A DNA stretch of 57,305 nucleotides, the filler included, from Sphacelaria rigidula (taxonomy: Eukaryota), in assembly GCA_964200075.2 (NCBI GenBank). It is 8 parts of 8 records of this genome, joined end to end, with 100 filler letters (N's around TTAATTAATTAA, not from the genome) between each part and the next. Parts side by side here need not be neighbours in the genome. Positions count along the whole stretch, not along the records: positions 21,529 to 28,604 come from CAXNAA020016610.1; positions 28,705 to 35,780 come from CAXNAA020016611.1; positions 35,881 to 42,955 come from CAXNAA020016612.1; 5 more parts are not named here. One strand, written 5' to 3'. The notes beneath the pieces are model-generated. The model was not told the origin of the DNA. It saw nothing but the letters and a program-made list of their open reading frames with translations, and ran no database searches. Shown piece by piece: positions 24,322 through 37,602 of this stretch. Every line of letters starts with the position of its first letter. The stretch's first letter is position 1. Position numbers and translations under genes: made by a program.

Positions 24322-27300
24322 GTTGAAGAGGGTTTCTGCAACTGGATATCCAGGGAAGTGGAAACGTGATCTAGAATGGCCATGAAGAAGCCCAGCGCAC
24401 AGAGAGGAGTAGTTGGTAAAGTGGTCATTACACCGCATTGCGGGTATGGAAACCCGAGTTCGATTCTCTGATTAGTCACCATGAGACAGATCTACGGCAT
24501 ATACTTGATGACTGGCAGGCCTTCGTCGTGTGCACCAGTCCGGGTGGACAGAGAGCTCGTTTCATGCACTCTGCATCCGAAAAAAGCTCTAGAACTGTAC
24601 CTGTGCAGCCAATTCTTTCGGTAGACCTTTGAACCAAAAATTGCGCTAAGAACGAAGGCCGAGGTGAGTACTGCTGTGGCAGATGCGTTGCAAGGCCAGT
24701 GCCAAGATCGCGGAATCATTCATGTCGCTGTATCAACTCCTGGAACAACTTAGCCCAATGCTTGGCCTAAGAATACAAGTGAACGAGACCCAAGACCCAA
24801 GTGACCAAGTCCAAGGAAGTGAGCCCACGGCACAACACGCTATGCTGCTCGGCGCTGGGACAAGGCCCATGATAATTCCTTGAAAATGGAACAAGACATA
24901 AAAATGTGTCTAGACCGCGGGCAAACGGCTCGGTCAAATCCTTAACACTACTCTAGTATTGGTTTGAGTTCTGCGTGCTGCTGATGCTATAATAATTTGA
25001 ATACGGACATACTATGTCTGGTACAAAACACTTGATTCTGTATGCTCCGAACGCTGGCGAGCGGCTCGGGCTTGTCAGTGCCTTGAAATCCTGCATGCAG
25101 TCTCTTTTCTACTCTGTAAGCTCCAGTGCGACCCTGATTCCACCCGACCACCAATCTTCGAGACATCATGTGTTATTCCCTGTCTACAAACTGGTGCTCT
25201 GCGCCACTGCCGCTCATTCGACCATGCCATCCTATCCTTTGTACCCTCTGACCATCAGGGTGTGTCATTTGCGACTTGCAGTCATTTGCAAGTAACAAAC
25301 AAATGGTCAGATTCCAACGCACACATAACCCGCGATCCAAAGGATCAATCCGTGTGTGCATATAACATTGTTCTGAACCTTGACCGTTTGGCCAGAAAGC
25401 AGTCTACTTGAGCCCATGGGTGTCGAACGCACCACTTCGTGCGTGTTGATTCTTGTATACTGTTGTTGCTCCTGCAGTAAAGATCCCGATATCTTGTGGC
25501 CAAAACACAGGGAGGTCCACCCCAGAGACACATCCAGTATCAAGAAACGTGCTGTTGTTGCGGACAACAGGAGTCAGATGCCGACAAAGGAGCATGCATG
25601 ACCTGGAGGATTCCCCAAATCTCTTCGCAGAGGTGTGTACGCTTTTGTGGTGAACCCAGAGAAGCCACGCGAAAAGGGCTTCTTCAGCTGGGGGGGGGGG
25701 ATTCGTGCTGTTGGTTTTCCGAGTTTTGTGTAGACTATGTTTGGTCGTCAATGCACCACCAGCTTCCAGGAAAATGCCGTGCCCAGTTGGTTCTTCGTAG
25801 TGGCACTATTTCGTTGTGCGTATACAAGTCTCCACTCTTGAATCGCTCAGATGTCCATGCATAGCCCACACAAGAGAGAAGTTCGCGGTAGAACATAAGG
25901 GCCGAAAGGCATTGCCTGGTTAACGCTATCGACGCCGTTTGCCACCAAGGACTTGTTCTATTACTGCGACCGGCCAAAACAGCGGTGATACCATCTCCGC
26001 AACCACACGGAATCTTCACCGCGCGGCGACAAGCACGTGTCATATCACATGTCAATCAGAAACAAGAGACTACATCCGTGCAAAAACGTATCTCAAAAGC
26101 AATCGGACATCATGTGCCATATAACAGAGCACAAGATGGGTGTACACGTGAACTGACGGTTGGTTCCGGCTCACGAGTAGATGTGCGTTACTAGCTCGAT
26201 AGTTTTGTTGTCCTCATGCTTCGAAACAGTTTGTAATCCCCGACACCCAAGTTGACCGACCGCAACAGCGCCGACCACACACGACACGGACACCGACAAG
26301 TCGACTCATATAGACAACTTACCGTCAGCTGCAAAAACAAATGTCATCCCGCGATTCCAAAGTAACGCATGTTAACACCGGGGTTCATGCCGGGACGATG
26401 CAGGGGGGGGGAGCGAGGGGCGTTATCGTGGTCTGCATGCCTTGGGTGTTGGTCCACTGAAGAGGCAATGCAGCATTGCCCTCAATCGAGCAATCGTCTT
26501 TGGCCAATTGCTCCTTCCTGCTCTGCGTTTGGTTCCGCGCCTTGCTCCCCTATCCTGTCTACACCAAACTCTGTCTTTTCAGGCCATTTTCGTCCCTTAA
26601 CCCTGCTACCGCATCTACAGTACCATGAGGGTAAAGAAGCCGCACGACAGACCCCGCACCCAACACTCATAATTCAGTAGAAGCAGGGCTACTCAACCTC
26701 GACAAAAAAAAGGTCCACACACCCAGAAGGAGTCAAACGAAAGTCCTTGGATCGGAGTAGCTGCATCAAGACGAAACGGCAGGAGTATACCGACCAATAC
26801 ACAACGTGTGTCACTGTATTATTCGTTCAGAAACTTGTCGTTCTTGACTCTGCCGGCTCGCTCGGCCTCATCGTAGGCCTGGTTCGTCAAAATCTCGTAT
26901 TTGCCGTCCTGGTTTCCATGCGAGCACATAACAGGCACGACCAATGGGTTGGTTAGTTCCCCTGCCGTGGAGTCAAGGAGCATCAGACGTTTTTTAATAT
27001 ACATGCGCGTGTTGCCAGTAGAGGGATTTGCAGGATGCACGTTTCCCACCCTATCGCCGGCAGATAGGGAAGTATGTGTTTAGCGTGGTGGGATACGGCA
27101 AGAGCCAGTTTCAAAAATATGAGGGAATCATCCCCCGCGGAACGCTTCCCAGCTGCAAACTCCGAGGTCGAAGCGTAAACGCGAACAAATGAAACTGCGT
27201 TCCGAAACGGACAAAAAATATGTACGAACTGGGGCAGCCGTGAAACGTACGAACCTGCGGGCACACCGCAACTTCTGCAGTTTCCCGAATCAGCCCGACT

Positions 27301-27918
27301 TCACCATATCGCAATCAAGTCCAGACCTGATGTACCTGGTAAAATACGGCTCCGCCGCTGCTCGATTATCGAAGTTTTGGCGACGACGTTGTTGCACTGC
27401 AGTGAGTACCGGGTACGTCTCATATTGTGACGTGGCAGTGTGTTAAGAGACATTTATTTTTACAAAACGCGACGGAATCACGATAGACAACTTTTGCCAC
27501 ACGGGTATGCGACGACCCGATATGCACGGTCAGAAGCGGACTGGTAATGCTGCGAGATGGCACCAAGCCCGTCAGCAGTCCCATCATGGGAGAGGAACTC
27601 CGAATCCATTGTCACATACAACAAGGAGAGGGGCGAATACTACTTGAAACTGCGCTATACCCGCACAGAGGCATTTGGGTCTCCTCAGCATCGGACACAT
27701 GCTCGAGATAGGCTTTGGATAAAAGCCAAAGCCACTTTGAGGCGAGGGAGAACGTTATCGAAGATTTTTGGGACAGAAGCTCGCGCGAAAGTGCAGTAAT
27801 CACCTTGTTCAAGTAAGAGGAGATTATTCAGTTTAAAAATGAACTCTACGACGGAAACCATGTGATACGGGGGGAGAAATTAATGCTGGATTATGTACCA
27901 AAAACACTGCCAGATTAT

Positions 27919-28604
27919 GGGGGGGAGCGTACTCATTTGTTCCTTGCCTTAGTCGTGTGACCATTGACCACGCACCCCTTTCGAGACGGAACACCGTTCC
28001 TACTCCTCATAGAGACACCTCCAACATTCTGGCGCTCATTACGTTTCTTCCGCAGCTCATCACGTTTCTTCCATACACTACATAAGAACCTCTCATATAT
28101 TTTATCCCCGTCCTGTTTCGCCGTCTCTGGTCACCATCTATCTATCTCCTAGTATAGCCATCGTTTTCTCCCTACTGTCTAATGCTCAAACGATTTCATG
28201 CCACCTTCGTTCACGTCCCGCATTTCCCCTCTAGCACGTCCCGTTCCTCCTTGTCTAGCTCACATTCTGCCACTATATGACTTCTGCTCTCTATCGCTTC
28301 GCCAAAGGGGCAATTCTGTCCATCTACTTCCTCATCCTTTCGACGACTGGTATATCTCTACTTTCTGGCAGGTCTAGGTCCCCCACCCGAAATTGCAATT
28401 TCATGTTTTTCGAAGCGTCCATTGGGCCATGCAAATATGCTTTTATCCCTATCCCCTCCCTCAACCACCAGTGTATCTCCAGGTGTTACTCCTCGTCTAC
28501 TTTGCATCTCAGCGCTCCTTTTTCCCTTATTTCGATCATGTCTCTTACTTTTGCCTTGTACCCCGCGTCTTCATCCATGGACAGTATTTCGTCTTGGTTT
28601 CCGC
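27919..28604 (-). mobile_element. Decayed LINE 3' part (same family as 21529-22534)
   Basis: Reverse-complement homology; ends aaatgagtacgct(C)7. Confidence 0.88.
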
Positions 28605-28704
28605 NNNNNNNNNNNNNNNNNNNNNNNNNNNNNNNNNNNNNNNNNNNNTTAATTAATTAANNNNNNNNNNNNNNNNNNNNNNNNNNNNNNNNNNNNNNNN
28701 NNNN

Positions 28705-28785
28705 CCTCTAGCACGTCCCGTTCCTGCTTGTATAGCTCACATTCTGCCACTATATGACTTCTACTCTCTATTGCTTTGCCACAGT
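28705..28785 (-). mobile_element. LINE fragment
   Basis: Encodes CGKAIESRSHIVAECELYKQERDVLE; the 5' junction abuts a C-tract. Confidence 0.8.
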
Positions 28786-29107
28786 GAAGCAGGGGGGGGG
28801 GAGGAGGAGAGCCCGCTATTGTACGTTCACGTAGTCGGAGCTTTGAACTAAGAGAACCCATGAGAATCGGAAAGCTTTCAGGCACACCCACAGGGAGCTA
28901 GGTATTAACCGAAGCACGACAATATAGTAGTCCACCATTCCATATGTACGCGTAGTCCTGAGCGACACGCGGGCATTGCACGAACACCTTACTGCTGAAG
29001 GTGTTGTCGCTTAGTAATCGCGATTTGAACGAAACAGCACATGTTACACAACGCTTGGAGCTGCCGCACCGAGTACTGCGTACTGCGGAGCACCAGCGTC
29101 AGCCTAC

Positions 29108-30311
29108 CTCACTGCCTCTTCGAATTCTGGCGAATCGCGATCAGGAAGCATCGGCCGGCTACCAGCGAATACGGCCTCCAGAGTTTGCATGATTGCGAGA
29201 GATTCGGTCATCAGCTGCAGTGAAACGCGAACGCCAGTCAGCGGGTAGAGGGATGAGCGAATCGGGTTAACAAGCGCTTGGAAATGAAATCCTCCTGCTC
29301 TAGAAACCACTCAGAAAACAGAGATAGGTTCCACAGTGATCAAGTCAAAACCAGGGCGCGAAGTAAACTTCCCTGTATTTTGCACACACCTGGCCGTCCA
29401 ACTTGATGGCCGGAAGCAAACCCGAGGGCACTTCAGCGAGATACCAGGCGGGTTTCTCTCCGTAAGACCTGCGAACACACCACGAAATAACGCCTGGGGA
29501 CGTGTGGAGTTGTCCGCTACCAAAGCTGCCTTTTCAACAAAATGGGACACCCACCACTCTATACGAGCTAAACAGAGACGAATGATGAAATTATCGTCAC
29601 AGGGAACAGGCACCACGGATCTTGCTAACAAAACAAAGCAAACGACGAGGACAGTACAGTAGAGTGACGATTAAATTTGCGCGCTCGCCGGGCATTTTCC
29701 CGCCTAGGGAAATACACCAGTCTCGGCGGGACAACTATGAGGTGGCGGGCAGCCAACCTGCGTATCCTTGCCACTGTCGAAGTCCGCGACAGTACATCCG
29801 ACCGAGTGCTGACCCATGTCGATTTTCTGTCAAGAATTCCATCGCATTTTTGCGTCGGCAACGAAACATAGATTCAAGGTGGCAAATGCAAGTCAAAGCG
29901 TCCATCGTCCGCACGGTATCGCAGCCAACCACGGATCAAGCCTGAAAACACACAATTTTGCTCACCTCATGTTGATTTTCTCAACTCTATAGGGGATTTT
30001 CTTCTCCTCGAGCATCATCCACACCTGGTCCAAGATATACGCATCAAGCGATAAGACGCGTGTAATTGAGGGTATTCAGGTGGATTGCAGTGTGCAAAGT
30101 CGAGAAAACTTCACACATTCTACAAGAGACGTCGGATTCACGTACGGAATTTGAACGGAAAATTGGCCAACGTGACATTGATCTTACCTTTTGGCAGTAC
30201 GGGCACCACGCCGCGGTATCCCTATAGAACACGACTCTCGGCTCCCCTTCCGTGCCGAAAAGCCTGAGTTTGGCATCTGTGTGGGGTGGGCCCGCACCCT
30301 CAGCCCAGTAT
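29108..30311 (-). CDS. Glutathione S-transferase (CPYC active site), partial; exons 30311-30188, 30024-29966, 29468-29390, 29214-29108
   Basis: Spliced product: [96 protein letters not shown]. All junctions are GT-AG with compatible phases; the GST N-domain has cis-Pro (LP) and ES motifs. Confidence 0.92.
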
Positions 30312-33300
30312 CTGCGTTCGCATGGTGACAGCCCAGGATTGGCATGAGTTCGACAGTAACAACTAGTGTGGCTATCCGCAGATGAGATAACGCGTATTGC
30401 TGCGGGCAAACATCTTGGTTGTTATATCCAAGCAGTAACTGGTGAAAGCCCCCGGGGTGATATAATCCAGCACACACGGAGCTCCCATTTTTCATGAAGA
30501 CTGTGTTTTCTCGACATTCGTGTTGGGTGCTACCATCCGCGGCACTTTTCATCAAGGTATCCAGCTTGGCTGCCCAATCGTGGAAGCTCAGCGTGAAGAG
30601 CAGGAACGAAGCGAGAGTGGCAGCGTCATCTCATCCACAACTTGACCTCAACTGGCGGTAACTGGCCGTCAACAACATTTCCCACATCATTATTTATAAC
30701 GCTATCTTTTTACAACGATCATCAAGTACTGTACTGAAGTACTTAAATATCCATGCGTCAATGGCATTTCCCGTGTCATGATTTAAACACAACATTTGTA
30801 CAACAATCAGGTAGTGCTGTACTGTCCTATTGACCTGTCTACGTTTCCTTGTGGAATTAAACACCGGTGATAACTTCTATCTTGAGATATGTAATGAATT
30901 TCGCAATGGTTGCATGGCCGACAAATTCACGAAGGAAGAAGAACGAGGCTGCTGAGAAACATAAAACTGAAGACAGTTACCAATATTTTTCTCCGTCGTA
31001 GTGTATGTATACACTGTAGCTGCGGCGTCCGCTTCCTTCTCCCTTAAAAGCACAGGTCGAACATATGATAGCATAGGTTACAGGTTTTGCACGTGACACA
31101 GGGGAGTCTTTAATTACTGAAGGACAGTCACGTAGCCCCCCCCCCCCACTACGGCATGCAAGATCATGAGTGCACCCCCTTCCCCCGACAGTGCTCGATG
31201 AATACATGGATTTCGGGCTATGGCTCTTGAAAAATCTAGTTGCGAGCTCCCTTGCCTGTACTTTTACACAAACTTGAAGGGCCCGGAGCTCACAAATCCG
31301 TTGTGCAAAATCAGGCAGCTCAACTGTACACTCGCATTAGTTACTGGCTCGGTTATGTGGGGGATCTCAACTTGCTTGAACCGCAGTACGGACAGGCCAA
31401 CGATGAACCTCTAGCCCGAACTCAAAACCGTCCAGAGGATGTCTGCGGCAACACACACTGAATGCAAACGCGAACAGCGAAGACTCTCTCCCCAGAATAC
31501 TTCGCACCTAACTCCAACGGACTGTACAACAGCAGAATGTAGCTGTAGCAGCGAGCAAATGCAGCTTTGTGCTGGACAAGCTGGTGCAGCAGCAGCGATG
31601 CACGCCCGCAGGCTTCAAAGGAAGGTTTAGTTTTGATGGGAAGGAAACATATGGACGTTCCAGCCCCGGAGCACAGTGCTGGGGCTGCAGTGTACTATCA
31701 ACGCTTATATTGTAGACATATGTCTCACGCCCATCATTGTGTACGTGTTCCCAGGCTATCATCATGGTTGGTGCTACGCTTTATGTGCAATCCATACTAC
31801 CAGGGAGAGTACTATGCTGTCGTACTGTATTGTTGCTGCGCTGCCTGACTTCATTTGTTGTATTACACCCACACGTCCAAACAAACCGTGAATCGAGATC
31901 ATCAAGTGGCGAGCTGCATAAAAGTAATCTGTTGAGCCGTCTTCACAACATGGTTGTTTGGAAATTGGTTCTTGAAAGCCTTGCCATGATATGAAACAAC
32001 GCAACAAGAACGTGAGGTCTGGCTAGCGCAATGCAGTACAGGCTATTTCAGGGTGAACGCCCAAAATTTGTTCCTCAATTCATACAGAACGCAAACCTGA
32101 CCCAATAGAAACATGTTTGGCATCATGGTGACCCCCACGAACAATCGGACAGTGTGACATGGTCAGATTGATTCTTGCGTCCTTTGCCGTGGCGCTGGTA
32201 GTAAAGATGTATCTTGGCCAATCAGGGGCCTTCAAATTGTTCTGAATTTTTTTTTGCGAATTCCCGTCACAATTTGTACCCAACATCATCAAGAATCAAA
32301 CCCTAGTAACCACCATAAGCTAGGAGATCTAACGTGAAGAACAGAATTGAAAACAGTTTGCGTCGGATCAATATATATCCTAAAATGTGGTATTTCGGAG
32401 ATGTGTGATGTGTGACGTGGCGTTGAGCGTCGTCGGATTCCCACTAATAATATGCATCGAAGACCCAGTAAATCTCTTCACGTTCTCCCTTGTAACTGTC
32501 GTAGAAAAGCTCCGATCATTCTCAAACTCGGCAGATTGGTACGTATGGATGCCACGAACGGAAAATAAAAAATCGCTGAAGAATTTTTGGAAGCGTTTCG
32601 GCTCACTATCGGCTTCCGGGGGGCCCAGCGCGAAGACCCCCAGAAGCCAGTACATATTGTACAAAGTTTCGTTGAGTACCTCGAAAAGCTGACCCCAAAC
32701 GGCTCGAGCGCACAAGGAAAACCTGGGTAGCATACTATGATCAAGTCATTAGGGAGATTTCGAGTGCGTCTGTATACTTTAACTCGCATACGGGCGAAAG
32801 CTCACGCCGTTTTTTCGAGTTAGGCCCTGATTTTTTCCACACGGGTGCTCTGAGATATCTAGAAAGGCTGAATCAATGCGGTCTTTCGGTTCTCCAGATA
32901 TCCGGGGTCTCAGGAGGCAGTGAGGCCCCGGATATTTGGCGAAGAAAAAAATCGGAAGATCCCATGCATACAGCCTTTCAAAATATTTCAGAGCTCTCGA
33001 GTGGCGAATTTCAGGAACAAACTCGAAAAAACGGCGTGAACGATTTCCAGGGAGTATATTCCGGTCGTTCATCCTGAACCAACCAATATTGCAAGCTAGC
33101 TGACTTGTGAGTATCACTCGTACCAGTTGGTCATTCACATACTGAAGTATGTTGGGTGCTCGTCTAGGTCATCATGCCTGAGGCACGTGGTGGACACTTG
33201 TGGGCGACCAGTCAAGGGGTAGTATGTACATGCAAATCTGCACCACCACCGATGTTTTTACTCGAGCTCAAACTTGGGGGAGGTTATTCTAATCTCAGTA

Positions 33301-33679
33301 CTTGAACGTAGTCAGACCATCAAAAACTGAGCTTGATTTACGGATTTACGGATTCACGGATTTACTGGACTCGGAGAAAGGATCCACTCTGTCTTGTACA
33401 ACAACGCAATCTGTTGGTACGAGCTATCCGCGGCTCAAAATGTTCGAACTGATTTGGTGATTCAAACAGTGGGGCGGCCGAGGTTTGGAGTTGCATGGAG
33501 ACTGCGCCGCGGGTGTCAGGAGAACACGAGTCCATCTCACCACTCGTCCTTGTACGGTGGGTTACTCCTTTAGTTATGATGCCGCTGCTTGCTGCGGCCT
33601 TTGAACTGCTATTATGCGTGTTTTCCCCCAATGTGTGTAAGACGCTTTCAACAGGCCAAACATTGGTGGTGGTGGTGGT

Positions 33680-33962
33680 GGGGGGTACTCATGAAATTGC
33701 ATGCCGTAGTGATAAGACCGGTGACCTCGCATCCCCACAAGCACAGGACGGAGCACACCGGGTTTTCGCTGGACCAGGCCCGCAGTCACCAAGCGCCAGG
33801 CACCGTGATGTATTCGGCGAGTCACATGAGGGGTGACCCGCATCCTGCTACAAATTTTCGGCTCGAACCGTACGAACTATCTTGCATACGGATGACAGCC
33901 TCGAATGAGTTGGCTTCATTTTCTGGTATCGCCACTTTCAGAGATAGCCACGGGTTACACTG
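33680..33962 (-). mobile_element. SINE-like C-tract family copy
   Basis: Homolog of 23350-23664, bounded by G-rich tracts on both sides on the + strand. Confidence 0.78.
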
Positions 33963-34126
33963 AGGGGGGGGGGGGGGGGGGGGGGGTCATACGGGTACAT
34001 GACAGTCCACATTATTAATAGAGACAGTGACGATGCCAAGGGGAGTGTTCATATCCTGGACAACTCATGACTGATCAAGTTGTTAGTTCCAACTATGAGT
34101 AGTTGTCGAGGCGACGGCTTGTTCAA

Positions 34127-34390
34127 CAACTAGTTGCGTACGTTTTTCGTCGAGGGTTTTTCTACGGGCAGCTAGTTACGCAATTTTTCCGGCAAATATT
34201 TGTTTACCGGCAACCAGTTGCACAGATTTCTCCCCCAGCAGTTGTCTATAGCCCGCTATTATAGTTGCCTAGGTTTCTGACCGAGTAGCTGTTTGCCCGT
34301 AGCTGTATGCGCGGGTTTGCGGTCGAGTACCTGTCTGCTCGCAAGTAGTTGCACAGATTTCTCGCCCAGTGATTGCCTGTAAACAACTGG
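34127..34390. repeat. Degenerate ~42-bp minisatellite x ~6
   Basis: Recurrent caactagttgc..tttctc..gagta units. Confidence 0.55.
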
Positions 34391-34767
34391 TAATGGACAA
34401 CATTTTCATCCACAAGGTGTCGACGGCTGATGCGCCCACGTACACCGAAAGGTACAGACTGGAGTCCATAATAGATGGGATGACAAGACAGGGGTGTAAG
34501 TTGCAGAAGGGTGAAGCATATCCCCGTTCTCATCAAATATATCCTGAACCAAAGGGATTGTAAATCTTTCAGTTCCGGCACAAAACTCCCTATCGAAACT
34601 CATCTATAAATTTGTTGTCACTCAGAGGTCCACACTATCTCGACATCAGCGCATACCGCAGTTTTAGTTTATTTGATTCATTTATTTATCGCACTTTGAA
34701 CCCCTCCCTTTCCTCGGGATGAGTCCGTCGTCTAACAGTCTCAAGGGATCAACCCATCTCTACTCCG

Positions 34768-35049
34768 GTGCACGTCTTGCATTTTCGTCTCGCAGATTGG
34801 GTCATGACTATCAGCACTCCCGCACTACGTCAACTCACGTCAAACAAATGCAGTCGACTCTTTTGTTTGCTCACGTTCTCACGCTCTTCACGGTGGAAAT
34901 CTGTGGAAATCTCCCCCAGTGCACGCCTTGCATTTTAGTCTCGCGGATTGGATCATGACTAGCACTCCCGCATCGCGTCAACTCACGTCAAACAAACTCG
35001 GTCGACTACTTTGTTTACTCACGTTCTCACGCTTTCCAAGGTGGAAATC
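34768..35049. repeat. Tandem duplication, ~150-bp period x2
   Basis: gtgcacg.cttgcatttt.gtctcgc.gattgg.tcatgacta...cgtcaactcacgtcaaacaaa...ggtggaaatc occurs twice. Confidence 0.85.
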
Positions 35050-35148
35050 ATACATTACGAAAAACTCAACACATCGGGAACCGATCTCTCATTCTTTCCA
35101 CCCTAATGCTGACAGTCGGACCACTACACCACCGGGGCGCGGCGGCTA

Positions 35149-35511
35149 TTGTGCGTTGTCGTCCCATCTATCCTGAACGCCGGTCTACACTTTTCGGTAT
35201 ACTTTACGTGTGTGGGCGCATCAGCTGGGGTCACACAGGACGAAGGCCAGCACAATTTTTTTCTTTTCTTTTTTGTTTGGTTTTCAAGTTGCCACCTTCC
35301 TTCTGCGGTGCTCGCCTTTTTTGTTTATCACGAGAGGGGTTCGGTAGTCCTTTCTCTCGTCGACCACTAAGTCGAATTTTGTGTACCCATGACATAGTCG
35401 CTCTCCACTGTTGAGCATTGTGTGAGAAAAATCCCAAATCGCCCTGAGATTTGAACCCACGACCCAACCGTCAGAGGGGTTCGAGGTTACCAACTGAGCC
35501 ACCGGGGCGAC
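35149..35511 (-). mobile_element. tRNA-derived SINE
   Basis: A box TGGCTCAGTTGG and B box GGTTCAAATCT; body homologous to 8800-9160. Confidence 0.85.
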
Positions 35512-35880
35512 AGGCTCCGCAGTACCAGGTGTAATTTGTGTACGCTATGGCTACGTATTTACAGCCACGTCATGTACTCCAGTAGGCAACGCTGGTGGTG
35601 TACTCACTGTGTTGAAGGTCTTCGGTCCGCTGGGCACGCCATGTCTGTGGTCCGCAGATCGGGGCAGGCAATGTCTTCCTTAGCGTCGATTAATATTTTC
35701 ACTACTAGCTATAATGCTTCAACAGTCCGATTGATGACTGCCGTCGTTCTACTAGCTGCACGCTTGAAACGGTCCACAAGNNNNNNNNNNNNNNNNNNNN
35801 NNNNNNNNNNNNNNNNNNNNNNNNTTAATTAATTAANNNNNNNNNNNNNNNNNNNNNNNNNNNNNNNNNNNNNNNNNNNN

Positions 35881-36912
35881 AGATGACTTCTGCTCTCTAT
35901 TGCTTTGCCACAGAGGCAGTTCTGTGCATCTGCTTCCCTCTGCTTTTGACTACTGGTATATCTCTTTCTTCTTTCTGGCAGGTCCAGGTCCCCCACACGG
36001 AATCACAGTACCAATTTTTCGCCACGTCCGTTGGGCCATGCAGACCCGTTTTCATTCCGATCCCCTCTCTCCACCCCCCGTATATCTCCAGGTGTTCTTC
36101 CTCGTCTACGTTGCGTCTGCGCGCTCCTTTTTCCTTTATTTGTATCATGCCCTCACTTTTGTCTTGTACCCCGCGCCTTCACCTATGGACAGTATTTCGT
36201 CTCACTTTCCTCCAACTCCCTTCCACACTTTCTCAACTTCTCTTTCCCACCTTACTCCAGCCTTCCCGCTCGTACTTTTCTTCCATACAGCCCTCTTGAC
36301 TATAACTGGCGGTCTCTTTCTCTGCATGTTCTTCAAGCTATATTGTCATCTAAATTTCCTCATGTCTCTGTTTGTTTCAAGTGCGTACATTCCCAACTCT
36401 GCTTTCAAAACTGTATTACTCGTCGTTTTCGAGCATCCAAGTATTTCCTTAGCTCCGCTGCCATCTGTACTGCTTCCAACCTCTCCACCAACTTCACGTT
36501 CCCCTCCCATACTTCTCTTGCATATTCCAGCTTTGGTACGATCACGTTCATTAGGATACATCTCTTGATCCTAGTGTCTCGATGCGAGTCTCTGAGGACC
36601 ACGTCCATTCTTTCCATCTGTGCCTTACCCTTTTCCATCACTTTGTTCATGTGTGCACCCCAAGAACAGTTTCTTGAGATCTTTACACCAGTATATTGGT
36701 CTACGATCGGCAGTTCCTCTTCTCCCCACTTTCATTTGAACTTTACCGGATTTTTTCATCTTCGTTGCATACGAGTAACGCGCATTTGTTAACGCTCGCT
36801 GTCACTCTCCATTTCCCAGTGTATTCTAGCGCCTTTTCTATTTTTTTTGCAATCCTTCTGCTCTTCTCAAAATCCCCACAAAATCATGTGCGAACATCAA
36901 ACCTGATATCAC
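35881..36912 (-). mobile_element. Decayed 5'-truncated LINE including the RT catalytic motif
   Basis: SGLMFAHDFVGI (FADD-like) followed by ILMNVIVPKLEYA..EVWEGN; many frameshifts. Confidence 0.9.
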
Positions 36913-37028
36913 ATCGGGTGATCTGCATCCTGCTAAGACTGTTCGGCCCGAAGCGTACTCATCATTTTGGATATGGATGACAGCCTCGAATGAGTTTCTT
37001 AATTTTCTGGTATTCACACCACTTTCGA

Positions 37029-37592
37029 GGGGGGGGAGCGTACTCATTTGTTGCTTGCCTTAGTAGTTTGACCATTGCCCACGCATCCCTCTCGAGACTG
37101 AGACCGTTCCTATTTCGAACAGAGACACCTACAGCAATTGGGCCCTCACTACATTTTTTTCCATACATTGCACAAAAACCTTTTACATATCTTATCCCCG
37201 TCCTGTTTCGCCGTCTGTGGCCACCGTCCACCGTTTACCTCCAAGTATAGCGTTCGTCTTCTCGCTGCTGTTGAATGCATCAAACAATTTCATGCCACCT
37301 TCTTTCACTTCTCGCATTTGCCCTCTAGCACGTCCAGTTCTTCCTTATATAGTTCACATTCTGCCACGGTATGAGTTCTACTCTCTTTTGCTTTGCCACA
37401 GGGGCAATTCTGTGCATCTACTTCCTCCTCCACTCGACTACTGGTGAGTTTCTTGTTTCTGGCAGGTTCGCTGGCACCCGAAATCGCAGTTTCAAATTTT
37501 TCGCGGAGTCCGTTGCACCATGCAGGCATCTTTTTATTCCTATCCCCTCTCTCAACCCGCCGTATATCGTCAGGTGTCTTTCCTCGTCTACC
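37029..37592 (-). mobile_element. Decayed LINE 3' part
   Basis: QNCPCGKAKESRTHTVAECELY knuckle; ends aaatgagtacgct(C)8. Confidence 0.88.
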
Positions 37593-37602
37593 TTCCGTCC
37601 CT

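Noticed and set aside
24400..24560. piggyBac-like motifs (HDEG..KYMP, DHFTN) on the minus strand
   Set aside because: Too short and in broken frames to support a call.
21529..28604. Inverted LINE copies at both ends of contig 4 as a composite element
   Set aside because: Independent insertions of a high-copy family where the assembly broke; no shared TSD visible.
32150..32245. Possible upstream GST exon (NNLKAPDW...)
   Set aside because: No convincing donor or phase match to the exon at 30311.
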